From Octopus sinensis (Eukaryota): a stretch of DNA of 64,000 bases. Position 1 is the stretch's first letter. Each line of letters opens with the position of its first letter. The notes under the pieces are model-generated. The model was not told where the DNA came from. It saw only the letters and a program-made list of their open reading frames with translations, and made no database searches. Positions 1 through 11,385 of the stretch are shown here, one piece after another. The stretch spans positions 42,904,001 to 42,968,000 of the forward strand of contig NC_042997.1 in NCBI RefSeq assembly GCF_006345805.1, read 5' to 3'. The position numbers and the translations under genes were made by a program.

Positions 1-181
1 GGGGGCACGTAAAAAGCACCCACTACACTCACGGAGTGGTTGGCGTTAGGAAGGGCATCCAGCTGTAGAAACATTGCCAGATAAGACCGGAGCCTGGTGC
101 AGCCTTCTGGCTTCCTAGATCCCCGGTTGAACCGTCCAACCCATGCTAGCATGAAGAACGGACGTTAAACGATGATGATGA
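1..181 (+). mobile_element. SINE family B (RTE-type 3' tail), 5' part cut by window edge
   Basis: Contains GGAGTGGTTGGCGTTAGGAAGGGCATCCAGCTGTAGAAAC...CCATGCTAGCATG...GGACGTTAAAC followed by a (GAT)n tail; the same sequence recurs about 10 times in the window. Confidence 0.85.
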
Positions 182-1339
182 TAACAAAAGATGAAGATAT
201 AAAATGCCCAAGTTGTTTGATCACTAATTCTTACACCTTGAGTTTAATTCTGCTACTATATTGGCTGTAATCCTTAAATTGTAATAATATAGTTAAATAC
301 TAATCATCATAGAATTAATCAAAATTAAAATCTAAATTATACACACAGGAAATACTTTGTTTGGAAGTTGAGAAGGTGGAGGGTCTCCCATATATCTACC
401 CTGTTATCATTATTAAAGTGCAGACATTCAATGAGTAACGTTAACAGAAAACATAGATAGAATCTCTAAAAAATATTTGTGAATATGTTTTGAAGCTGAG
501 ACGTCATTAAAAAATATATTAATTAGTTGGTTGCAGTTAAAAGTCAAATCTGAAAATGAATCTCTCCTCAAAAGATATAACTGAAAAATGTTCGTTCCAT
601 GATTTCAACATTTACCCATCCCTCAACAATCACATCCTAAAGCAATTAATTTCATTGCTATCAACCTCTAGAGAATGAAGAATTAATACACCTTGAGAGC
701 AATTACTGCATGGGAAAACGGACACTGAATTCATAACAGTAATAATAACAATGATGATGAAGATGATGATATCAAAATAAAATTGGGTGAATGTGAATTA
801 GTGCCACACCCACTGGATTAGAGAAGCAGCACTTTGAAGACTTCATCTACATATTGTCTAATATAGGAAAAACCAGCTTTGCAAAGCACATCCTCCTTCA
901 AGCGGCAATAAAAATGGAACCATCTGAATTCAGTGCTTGTAAGCAAAGTTAAACAGTCGCCAATATAACAACTGATCACCTAAAAATTATTAATACCCTT
1001 GATGAAGCACTCCCAAGAAGAAATAATTACAACATATCTAAACTCATTTGGAAAACATTTGTATAAATTATAACTCATAATGACTTTTAAAACTGTTTCA
1101 TAATGAGCCTGATAAAAGAGCAATCAAGAAAAGAAAAGCAAAAAAGTTGAGATAGTCAAACTCATTCTCAGATTTCAATGAAATTAACAGGAAATGACAA
1201 GAATATGGTTTCATTGTAATCAATACTTAATTGCACTATTTACAAATATTTGAGATGGAAATGAAATAATCTATAATTGTGCTAACTGCTGGTTTTCATT
1301 CCCATTGCATATCTATGTAGATACATTCCTATTACACTA

Positions 1340-1458
1340 TATGTGTGTGTGTGTGTGTGTGTGTACATGTATACATATATAAGTGTATATATATAAATGT
1401 ATAGATATATGTGTATATATATAAATGTATATATATATGTGTATATATATAAATATAA

Positions 1459-1496
<38 letters not shown>

Positions 1497-1575
1497 ATAT
1501 ATATATATATAAATGTATATATATGTGTATATATATATAAATGTATATATATGTGTATATATATATATATATAAA

Positions 1576-1607
<32 letters not shown>

Positions 1608-2060
1608 AATGTGTTCTTAAGCAAGGCACTTTATTTCACATTGCTCCAGTTCACTCAACTGTAGAAATGAGTTGCGACGTAACTGGTGCCAAGCTGTATC
1701 GGCCTTTGTCTTTCCCTTGGATAACACTGGTGGCGTGGAGAGGGGAGGCTGGTATGCATGGGCGACTGCTGGTCTTCCATAAACAACCTTGCCCGGACTT
1801 GTGTCTAAGAGGGTAACTTTCTAGGTGCAATCCCATGGTCATTCATGACCGAAGGGGGTCTTTACCCTTTAAATGTATATATATATATAAGCGTATATAT
1901 ATATATATGTGTGTGTATATATATATACATATATATATATATATAAGTGTATATATATATACATATATATATATATAAGTGTATATATATATATAAAGTG
2001 TATATATATAAATGTACATATATATATATATAAGCGTATATATATATATAAGTGTATATA
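1340..2060. repeat. Compound (TG)n/(TA)n microsatellite array, interrupted by a SINE at 1611-1871
   Basis: Direct reading; source of the spurious YI-repeat ORFs. Confidence 0.95.
1611..1871 (+). mobile_element. 5'-truncated CORE-type SINE inserted in a (TA)n array
   Basis: TTAAGCAAGGCACTTTATTTCACATTGCTCCAGTTCACTCA resembles the CORE domain; short (TACCCTT)-like tail; AAATGT at both junctions. Confidence 0.6.
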
Positions 2061-2065
2061 TTTAT

Positions 2066-2490
2066 TGCTCAGCTACTGGGAAAGGTTGAAATAGCTAAGA
2101 CTCTACTCCCTGGAGAGAAGATGGGAGAGGTATGAAGTAATATATAACTGGAAGATCTTGGAAGGAATTGTGCCAAATTTGGCATTGACAGCTACACCAA
2201 TGCCAGAACAGGACGACACTGCATAGTGCCAAAGATCCCAGCAACGCCATCGTACTTCAGGACCAGTTACTGGAACAGCCTGCGTTTCAAGGGCCCACAG
2301 CTTTTTAATATTCTCCCAAAGAGTCTGAGGAACTTGCACAAAGTAGATGTAGGGGTTTTTAAATCAAAGCTGGACCTCTTCCTGTCAAGAGTCCCATATG
2401 AACCTACCTCACGGCAAGAGGTGCAAATGAGGGTAGCTACATCAAACTCCATTCTTCACCAAATGCCACATATCAGAGGAGGCTCTTAGT
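2066..2490 (+). mobile_element. CR1/L2-type LINE 3' fragment (decayed)
   Basis: Translates to [17 protein letters not shown]...SYWNSLRFKGPQLFNILPKSLRNL...FKSKLDLFLSRVP, homologous to the C-terminal ORF2 region of the LINEs at 48.5-51 and 54.4-57.4 kb. Confidence 0.8.
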
Positions 2491-2573
2491 AATAACAGTG
2501 TAGCACAAAACACCGGTGCATCAGCATGGCCGCAGCTCTGAGCTGAAACTAGAGACGAAAAAATATACATATA

Positions 2574-2646
<73 letters not shown>

Positions 2647-2941
2647 GGTATATGTTTTGCACAGGAACAGGGAGAGGTCACCATATATAGTATTATACAC
2701 TGTATTTTATATAGTCACCATTATTGTTTTAATGACTTGTAGAGACAATACTACAAAGTATATTAAACATTTCTATAAGTCAATATTGTGTACTACTGTG
2801 TTAGCAGTGCTCTTAGATCATGCAGAATTTCCATAGAAATTATAGCCAGTAATGAATTGTGTTATGTTTCATATCTGAGATGCTAGATGTAAACAATAAT
2901 TGAGATCAAAGATGAAAAAATGGGTAATGGGCACATATGCC

Positions 2942-3100
2942 TTATTTCGAGAGTTTTTGCTCCTTCATCAGCACCCATTTAGAGATGTCCTTAACATATA
3001 TTGTTCTAATGTTGACTTTATTATTCTCATGATTCAGACAGAATTCATTGCTCTTCTTGACACCAGCTTCACCTGTTTCCAAGCAATCTAATATTTTCCC
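2942..3100 (-). CDS. Candidate terminal coding exon of unidentified minus-strand gene (GKILDCLETGEAGVKKSNEFCLNHENNKVNIRTIYVKDISKWVLMKEQKLSK*)
   Basis: Acceptor atcttttgttgactag, then 52 open codons to TAA in non-repeat sequence. No homology recognised. Confidence 0.5.
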   Translation of the reverse strand, partial: GKILDCLETGEAGVKKSNEFCLNHENNKVNIRTIYVKDISKWVLMKEQKLSK

Positions 3101-3482
3101 CTAGTCAACAAAAGATTGCAAAAAAATAACACCATTTACATGATAGTGATGATTGTTTGGTTTGAAATTAGCCTGTGATGTGGCATTTTATACTAAGAAT
3201 ACAGCTATCATTCAGTGTCTGGGTGTACATTGAAAAACTTGAAGGTGGGACACACATTATATAGCTGAGAGAGGAGTGTGCACATTGTAAAACAGGCCTA
3301 GGACAATGAATATCATGGCACCAGCTCTACTGGTGGCTTAAAAGTTACAAGACATCCAACTTTTACACTGGTTATTTGCAGACCAATACTAATATCTACA
3401 CCAGTCATGTGCAGCCTGTGGCCCATAAGACATTTTGAATAGCCCGCCGAAATAAAATACACCAACTTTTTTTAGAGTGTGG

Positions 3483-3535
3483 CTCTCCTGATGATGAGTC
3501 ATGTTTCATGCAACCAGCTTCTCAGAAACAGTCAC
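3483..3535 (+). ncRNA. Degenerate type I hammerhead ribozyme motif
   Basis: CTGATGA (3488-3494), stem II TGAG/CTCA, GAAA (3525-3528), CAGTC; stem I partner missing. Confidence 0.4.
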
Positions 3536-4630
3536 CCATGCCTGAGCTACACTGTCACTTCGATCAGTTAGAAATAGCAGCCAAATCTCTCATAACTCAT
3601 ATTCTATTGCCTCGAAAAAAGGATAGAGTAACACTGGAGAAAGCAGTCCTAGATACATTGCCAGAAATAGAATGTTCACAGTAGGTACATATGTCTTTCA
3701 TCATAGGATTGCTCATTCTGAGTTCACCTGGAAATAAACAACTGCAACTTTTGTGATTCAAGTAACTTAACTATAACCATTTCTGATGTAAAAGGGGAAA
3801 TATTGAATTTAAATTCACATCAGATTATATATCAGAAATACCAACACTAAATGGATATATATAAGTTATAGATGAAGCCAAGCTCAATGTTTCTGGATCA
3901 AAAACACTAATTAAAACAAACGGTAGAAGTTCATATTTTATGTTTCTGCTTCTTATTGCTAAGTACCAGCCAGGTCACTATTAAAACGAATTCTACACTT
4001 AGGTATTTTAACTATTCAACCCCAAAAAGATAATGAGTTTGTTGACAAGAAGCCATTACAAAAGTGCTGACTCAGCCTTCTTGAATTAAAGATAGAATGA
4101 GTTTGAGTGTGTTCTTTGGTTCTGTCTTGTTTTCATTTTTTCTTCTTTTTTTTTTGTTTGAAGTGGAGATAATCCTGCCAAGATTCTGGTAATTTATCAC
4201 CGAATAAAAAGATTGCAACAAGAGGGTAAATTATCAGAGCTAAGTTTTGTTAGTTACTATAATAAATATAAAATAGAAATGATGTATCTTCACAAAATTG
4301 TGGTTTTATTCTCTATTTTTGGTTTGTTTCTTTGTTAATGCTTAGAATTGCAATTCAGAAGAAAACTTTTTCGAAACACTATACAGTAAGTGGCCTACAT
4401 TCTATCTCATGAATATATTTTAAAATTATTTCTAAATAGAAATATATTTCTTTAACATTCAAGAGTTTGCTCAGTATATTTATTATAACCAATGCTACTG
4501 GACATATCAGGAGAAACATTACAATTTACTTCTTCAGCAAGTGTTCAGAGTTTATCCAGTCATTCTTCGTTCCAGTTGCAACAATGTAAACAAGCATCCC
4601 ATCATTCTTTGATGCACTTCAGACACTTAC

Positions 4631-4639
4631 GCTTGGAAG
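4631..4639 (-). CDS. Candidate 9-nt microexon (CTTCCAAGC; LPS in phase 0); alternative 37-nt form 4631-4667
   Basis: Minus strand reads ttctttttgttgcctacatttttcccag|CTTCCAAGC|gtaagt, with consensus acceptor and donor. Confidence 0.45.
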
Positions 4640-4772
4640 CTGGGAAAAATGTAGGCAACAAAAAGAACTAAAAGTTATTTTTGAAATTGTTTATGGAATA
4701 ACACAAATTATCTTATGAACGAAATATCCTTGTCCAACAAATTGGTGACCCTCTTCTATATTTTTACATATA

Positions 4773-5160
4773 GGCACAGGAGTGGCTGTGTGGTAAGTAG
4801 CTTGCTAACCAACCACATGGTTCCTGGTTCAGTCCCACTGCGTGGCATCTTGGGCAAGTGTCTTCTGCTATAGCCCCGGGCCGACCAATGGCTCGTGAGT
4901 GGATTTGGTAGACGGAAACTGAAAGAAGCCTGTCGTATATATGTATATATATATATATGTGTGTGTGTTTGTTTGTCCCCCTAGCATTGCTTGACAACCG
5001 ATGCTGGTGTGTTTACGTCCCCGTCACTTAGTGGTTTGACAAAAAGAGACCGATAGAATAAGTACTGGGCTTACAAAAGAATAAGTCCCGGGGTCGATTT
5101 GCTCGACTAAAGGCGGTGCTCCAGCATGGCCGCAGTCAAATGACTGAAACAAGTAAAAAG
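4773..5160 (+). mobile_element. SINE family A (tRNA-like head, CORE-like block, internal (TA)n(TG)n, A-rich GAGTAAA-type tail)
   Basis: A-box-like TGGCTGTGTGG, B-box-like GGTTCAGTCCC, CTTGGGCAAGTGTCTTC; about 20 full or partial copies in the window. Confidence 0.9.
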
Positions 5161-5334
5161 GAGAAAAAAAAGAGAAAGAGATACCATCTGAAGCCTAAGC
5201 TATGTGTATATATTTTATGATTTTGCTTAGGCATATGATACTAATAACTTGTTAGAACTAATTATACATATATACTCCAGAATAAAGTGTTAGGCAAGTA
5301 GAGAGCATAACATAAATTAACTGAATTGCAATGG

Positions 5335-6170
5335 AACAGGAATTATGTGTGTGCATATATATGGGCATGTCAGGCAGCAGTATCTTTCATGGTGTACATG
5401 GGCGCCACAGATTTGGTTCCCGAAACGAAGAGAGAACAAGGCTACCGAACCTCTGTGATGCAAATAACCTATTGATCTGCAACACCAACTTCAGGAAACC
5501 AGTCATCCACCTGATAACCTACCAATCAGGTGACTGTGCAAGCCAAATCGATTACATTCTTACCAGACAGCGGGATACATGGTTGCTCTTAAATACAAAG
5601 ACCCTCCCTGGTGAGGAATGTACCCACCAGCATAGACTAGTCATTAGTGACTTTAGACTCCAGGTCAGAAGGATGCCAAGAAGCAAATCAATCTGGAAAA
5701 GAAGGATTTGGAAGCTTAAGATCAGAGATTTAGGTACATCCTAATTGAGGAATTTGATGAGAGGGTGGAGGAGCTACAGACTTGTGACATAGAGGGCAAC
5801 TGGAAATTCCTGCAGGACAGCTTGCTGAGTGCCACAGACCAAATCTGCAGCTGGTGCAAAGTCCCATCCAGACCATGGGTAACATGGTGGTGGAACGATG
5901 CTATAGACAGGGCCATTAGACCAAAGAAACAAGCCTGGAAGAGTGAGGGTAGCAGGGAACTATCAGGAGGATAGGAGACAGATATATATAGTCCAGGGAG
6001 AAACAGAAAAGAAGTTCTCAGAGTGGTTGGCATTAGGAAGGGCATCCAGCCATAGAAGCCATACCAAATCAGACTGGAGCCTTGGTGCAACCTTCCAGCT
6101 TGCCAGCCCCAGTCAAACCGTCCAACCCATGCCAGCATGGACAACAGACGTTAAATGATGATGACAATGA
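5335..6170 (+). mobile_element. Internally deleted RTE-clade LINE (endonuclease end fused to RTE 3' tail)
   Basis: LCDANNLLICNTNFRKPVIHLITYQSGDCASQIDYILTR...EECTHQHRLVISDF is the RTE APE C-terminus; it joins the AGGAAGGGCATCCAGC...(GAT)n tail at about 6020. Confidence 0.85.
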
Positions 6171-6469
6171 TATATAATGAGGGCACATGGCCTAGTGGTT
6201 AGGGTGTTGCACTCATAATCTAGCAAATGGGATTTCAGTTCTTAGACCAGGTGGTGTGTTATGTTCTTGAGCACTCTACAATCACTTCGACACTTTGATG
6301 CATGGCACAAAGTGTGCCTCTTCAAACAATGTTGATTTGATGGCGAGAGTGAGCTTGTGTGCAGTAAAAACATTTTGATCACTATAAACAACTCATTTGT
6401 GCAGGCCATTCGGCAAAAGCTGAATGCTCATACTTTGTCTTTGACAGGAAAGTGCTTTATATGTATATA

Positions 6470-6625
6470 AGGAGAATTCACGAAAAAAACAAAAGACGAA
6501 GACAGGTGGTGTAGAAAACAAACAGACGTATTAGTATAATACTTGGGAATTAAAAAAGTCTTTAATGTTTCGAGCTTACGCTCTTCCACAGAAAGGAACA
6601 CAGAAAGAAACAAGGAGAGAAAAAA

Positions 6626-6687
<62 letters not shown>

Positions 6688-6709
6688 TTTTTTCTCTCCT
6701 TGTTTCTTT
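6470..6709 (-). mobile_element. Penelope-like terminal-repeat fragment with mutated minimal hammerhead and a fold-back end around (TA)n
   Basis: Minus strand CTTT-CTGTGGA-A-GAGC(GTAA)GCTC-GAAA-CATT-AAAG at 6560-6595; homologous to 46860-47040; 27-bp inverted arms 6604-6630 and 6683-6709. Confidence 0.65.
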
Positions 6710-6718
6710 ATATTGTTT

Positions 6719-6906
6719 CTGGAAGGCTGCACCAAGGCTCCAGTCTGATTTGGTATGGCTTCTATGGCTGGATGCCCTTCCTAATGCCAACCACTCTGAG
6801 AACTTCTTTTCTGTTTCTCCCTGGACTATATATATCTGTCTCTTATCCTCCCTTCTGGCTATCTGATAGTTCCCTGCTACCCTCACTCTTCCAGGCTTGT
6901 TTCTTT
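6719..6906 (-). repeat. Inverted duplicate of 5923-6098
   Basis: The reverse complement matches the RTE fragment including its unique ORF/tail deletion junction; flanked by a 16-bp direct repeat CTTGTTTCTTTATATT (6699-6714, 6896-6911). Confidence 0.9.
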
Positions 6907-7065
6907 ATATTAAAAATTTTTATGTATTGATTAAGTCTTTCCTTGTTTGTTTTGCAAAATAGTGGTTTTGTCTCGAATTAATATTATATAATATTTTACT
7001 ATAAAATTGGATTTAATCCTAAATCTGATTTTTTCCCTGTAAATTTGGATTTATTCCCTAATATT

Positions 7066-7100
<35 letters not shown>

Positions 7101-7104
<4 letters not shown>

Positions 7105-7430
7105 TATGACTGTATGGTAAGAAGCTTGTTTCCTATAGTCTTGGGCTGACCAAAGTATTGTAAATGTATTTTGTAGACAGAAACTGAAAGAACCCTATTG
7201 TATATATATATATGTGTGTGTGGGTGTCTTTGTGTCTGTCCCCCACCACTGCTTGACAGCTTGTGTTAGTGTGTTTATTCAGCAATTTGGCAGAAGAGAC
7301 CAATAGAATAAGTAGTACCAGGCTTTAAAAAAGACAAAAAATAAGTACTGGGCTTGATTCATTCGATTAAAAGTTCTTTGAGGCTGTGCCCCCAGCATGG
7401 CCACAGTCTAATGACTGAAACACATAAAAG
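7101..7430 (+). mobile_element. SINE family A (diverged)
   Basis: Homology to the 4773-5160 copy with CpG decay. Confidence 0.75.
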
Positions 7431-8159
7431 ATACACACACACACATCGCCATGATCCATACACAATATTAAAAAAAGTCAGATGAAAGAAAACCAATTAA
7501 AGATGTCAGCAACTGAAGAGGTTTTAAACTCCTAAAATGCGGAATATTTGAACTGGTTTTAATTTTTGTTTGAAGCCAATAACACTTTGCTTTTGATCTT
7601 GGGAAAAGCACACACATTATAACTCATTTACCTCTTTCCCAGTCATCATCAGTCAGAGAAAGACATTTTCCCCTAATACACGATGACAATGTTGTAAGAA
7701 ACTGCATCCCAAAACAGACTTGCTACTTTTGAAAAAGAAGAATGAAAAATCTAAAGTATTCAGATCAACTATATATAGAAAAGTTTCTAAGTCCATTTTT
7801 AATTATCATAAAGTTTTATTTATTATAGGATTAGTTTTTCTTATCTTCATTATTTTATGTTACATAGTTTTTCTTTTGATACAGGCTTTTTTGACATAAA
7901 ACAAATTCAATGTTTCTAGCAATAAGCAGCTAACTGTTAATCACCTATATATATATATATATATATATATATAAGTAGGTGAATGAATTATCCTATGTTT
8001 ATCGTCAGCATGGAAAATTCGTTTAACCGAAACCTGGGTAGCAAATTTACGTCAGAAAACACGTTTGAAGCAACAGCGATAATGTGATTATCGCTGTGAT
8101 CACCACGTAGGCAATCATCGAAATTTTTGTTCGTCTTGTGGTTGAGAGAGGCTCCTTAC

Positions 8160-8241
8160 CTTTCCTGATGAGAAGATTGCATAATGTACCTTTTATTCCT
8201 TCGGAATAAAAATATGTTGTCTTCGAAACATATGTCGAGAG
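8160..8241 (+). ncRNA. Complete type I hammerhead ribozyme motif inside a (TA)n-flanked island (about 7973-8290)
   Basis: Stem I CTTTC(8160-64)/GAGAG(8237-41); core CTGATGA(8165-71); stem II GAAGA/TCTTC with G10.1-C11.1; GAAA(8225-28); palindromic helix III ACATATGT; GTC cleavage triplet, predicted cut 8236/8237. Confidence 0.8.
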
Positions 8242-8284
8242 TAAAGGCATTTTGTTAACATCTTCGTTCGACTCCATTCTTTCA

Positions 8285-8331
<47 letters not shown>

Positions 8332-8814
8332 CAATAAATACTTTCCAACAATTACTTTTGTGCATTAGTTAACATTAAAGCTTCACTGAATTATTAAAAT
8401 TATCTTTATAGATTACATTTTGATTAAACTTAGTAAATCTCAATATCTGTTCAATCTGCAAGTCCGAAAAGTATATGTAAAGATATGCACCTGAAAAACT
8501 AACTGAAAAGTATTGTATTTTACTCTTCTAATTGCCAACAAGTATTTTACAGTAGAAATGAAATTTTGGTCATTTATATTATTGAAAATTTCAATGAAAA
8601 CTGCAAAGTATTTCCAAAACATGTGAGACAAATGCTGAAGCAGTAAACCAGTACTCAAGGTAGGGCAGAGCAAGATTTTGGTGAAGCATGGATTACTTCA
8701 GAAAGGAGAATAAGTAAATAATAAGTTAACAAAACTTGCAATAAAGTTTTAAGGTTCAGTCCTAAGTCCCCTCCTATTTATCATAGTCCTCCAGGCAATA
8801 ACGGAGGAATTCAA

Positions 8815-9155
8815 GACAGGATGGCTTCAAATGGCTTCTGTGCCAGTGGCACATAAAAAGCACCATCCGAACATGGCCGATGCCAGCCCCACCTCGACTG
8901 GCTTCTGTGCCGGTGGCACATAAAAAGCACCAACCGATCTTGGTTGATGCCAGACCCCTCTGGCACCTGTGCAGGTGGCACGTAAAAAGCACCCACTACA
9001 CTCACGGAGTGGTTGGCGTTAGGAAGGGCATCCAGCCGTAGAAACACTGCCAGATCAGACTGGGCCTGGTGCAGCCTTCTGGCTTCACTGACCCCAGTTG
9101 AACCGTCCAACCCATGCTAGCATGGAAAACGGATGTTAAACGATGATGATGATGA
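8815..9155 (+). mobile_element. SINE family B with three ~67-bp 5' units
   Basis: GGTGGCAC(A/G)TAAAAAGCACC units followed by the RTE-type tail and (GAT)n. Confidence 0.85.
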
Positions 9156-9530
9156 AGATATGTTTTCATAAAAGACTGGAAATAAAGGACAGCATCTGGA
9201 TGACTGTGACACTCAGTTAACTATTATCATGCAATGTGAAAACAAAGAGACAGTACCGTGTGTGCACGCACCCACACACAAAGTTTCCATCAAGCAAATG
9301 CACCCACAAGACTGGTTGGCTATGGGCCTTAGTTGAAGGCCCAAGGTGCCATGCTGTGAGGCTGAACCTGGCACTATGTGGTTAGGAAGCAAACTTCTTA
9401 TCACAAAGCCACACCTGCATGCATTAAGCCATTAAGATATGTTGAAATATAGTCATTTATTCCATTTATCATTAAATGAAAATGTAAATCTGCAAAATTT
9501 ATTAAAATAAGTAAATTCTAAATTTTCTAC

Positions 9531-9569
9531 CGAATAATTTGTCTCGCAGCTAGAATGGCAAACGCAGTG
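9531..9569 (-). CDS. Candidate 39-nt internal exon (HCVCHSSCETNYS in phase 0 or TAFAILAARQII in phase 2)
   Basis: Acceptor gcattcttttcag, donor CG|gtagaa, retained CpGs; frame ambiguous. Confidence 0.35.
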
Positions 9570-10995
9570 CTGAAAAGAATGCTAGTGAAATCTACAGGAT
9601 CAGATACACTATGTCACAGGATTCTTTCCTTAGATGTGATGCCTTCATCCTCATCTTTATATAATAAACCACACTAAAACAAACGGGAGCGGAAATCTCT
9701 AGATAGTGTTGAAGGTCTCCACTTGCAGCATAGTAGTTAAGGAATCAACTTAGATTTACTATCTCACTAATTTTCTATCTATATACAGGGTCCATATGGT
9801 GTGATTCTCTTAGCCAAAAATAAATTAGCTTTGTTATTAATCCAGAAGATTATACACATGTAATATTTTTTCTTCTTGGCCTTTGAAGCATAGAATTAGC
9901 TTATAATTTGATTATTTATAATAGGATCATTACACAATAAGATAAAATGTCAGAATAATGTAATACAAAAGTACTGGGAATAGTAAATGAAAACAAAAGG
10001 TTCAACTAGAGTGAAGTTGTAAAGTTAGCATATTTATAAATATAAATTTTGTGGGAGAAAGCTACTCAATTACACTGAGCCTGATACGTGACTGGTACTT
10101 TATTTTATTGATTTACAAATGATGAAAAGCAAAGTCAATCTTAGTAGAACTGAACTCAGATCATAAAAACAGATGAAATACCACTAAGCATTTTGTCCAA
10201 TAATAAAAGACTAGTCGTACTCCTAGAAGTTCCATGGTTATTTTGAAAACTGTAAAATGGTTGGAAGTTTACAGAAAACTATGAAAGATATAATTTCTTC
10301 ACTTTACATTAAAAAGTAAAGCAATCTTAACAATGGGATGAAATCAAAGACATAAGCTATCTATAATATGATTCTGATGCTTTATGGCTACATTGGTAAA
10401 GCTTTAACAGATCCTAATACACTATATTACATCCTATTTTCTTATAAGAGAAAAGTTTCCATGTCTAGATTGAACCAGTGGTCTCAGTGAATGAAGTATA
10501 GTAGCTGTCCTATGTTGAAGATTCTAAAAAAATATCAGTAATATAGGTGCAAGTATTACAGTGTAGTTCAAATGCTTGTTTCATAATTGTGTGATTCGGG
10601 GTTTGGTCCCACTGTATAACACCTTGGACAAATGTCTTCTACTACAGTTTGAAGTTGATTAATATTTTGAGTAGGAGATGAGCTGGCAGACTCATTAGCA
10701 TGTTGGGCAAAGTGCTTAGTGACATTTCTTCTGATTCATTATGTATCGAGTTCAAATTCCAACAAGGTTGATATTGCATCTCATCCTTTTGTGGGCAATA
10801 AAAATGAGTAGCAGTTTCCCCCACCAAAATTTCAGGCCTTGTGGCTGTAGTTGAAAAGGATTAATATTTTGAACGAAATTTGATAGGCAGAAACAGTATT
10901 GTAGTCTGACATGTGTGTGTGTGTTTCCATTTATACCACTTCAAAATGGTGATGTTTATGTACCATTAAAATAGTAGTTCAAGAAAGACACTCTT

Positions 10996-11385
10996 TTACT
11001 TATTTCAGTCATTTGATTGCAGCCATGCTGGAGCACCGCCTTTAATCGAGCAACTCGACCCCGGGACTTATTCTTTTGTAAGCCCAGTACTTATTCTATC
11101 GGTCTCTTTTGCCGAACTACTAAGTAACGGGGACATAAACACACCAGCATCGGTTGTCAAGCAATGCCAGTGGGACAAACACAGACACACATACATACAC
11201 GTACACATATATATATACATATATACGACGGGCTTCTTTCAGTTTCCGTCTACCAAATCCACTCACAAGGCTTTGGTCAGCCCGAGGCTACAGTAGAAGA
11301 CACTTGCCCAAGGTGCCATGCAGTGGGACTGAACCCAAGAACCATGTGGTTGGTAAACAAGCTACTTACCACACAGCCACTCCTA
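10996..11385 (-). mobile_element. SINE family A
   Basis: Reverse-complement homology to 4773-5160. Confidence 0.9.

Noticed and set aside
2930-2975. Hammerhead-like CTGATGA...CGAAA on the minus strand
   Set aside because: Stem I and stem II pairing is poor, and it overlaps the predicted terminal coding exon; probably chance.
9600-9745. Kinase-like peptide YYAASGDLQHYLE on the minus strand
   Set aside because: In-frame stop just upstream, no compatible acceptor, and no other kinase motifs nearby.
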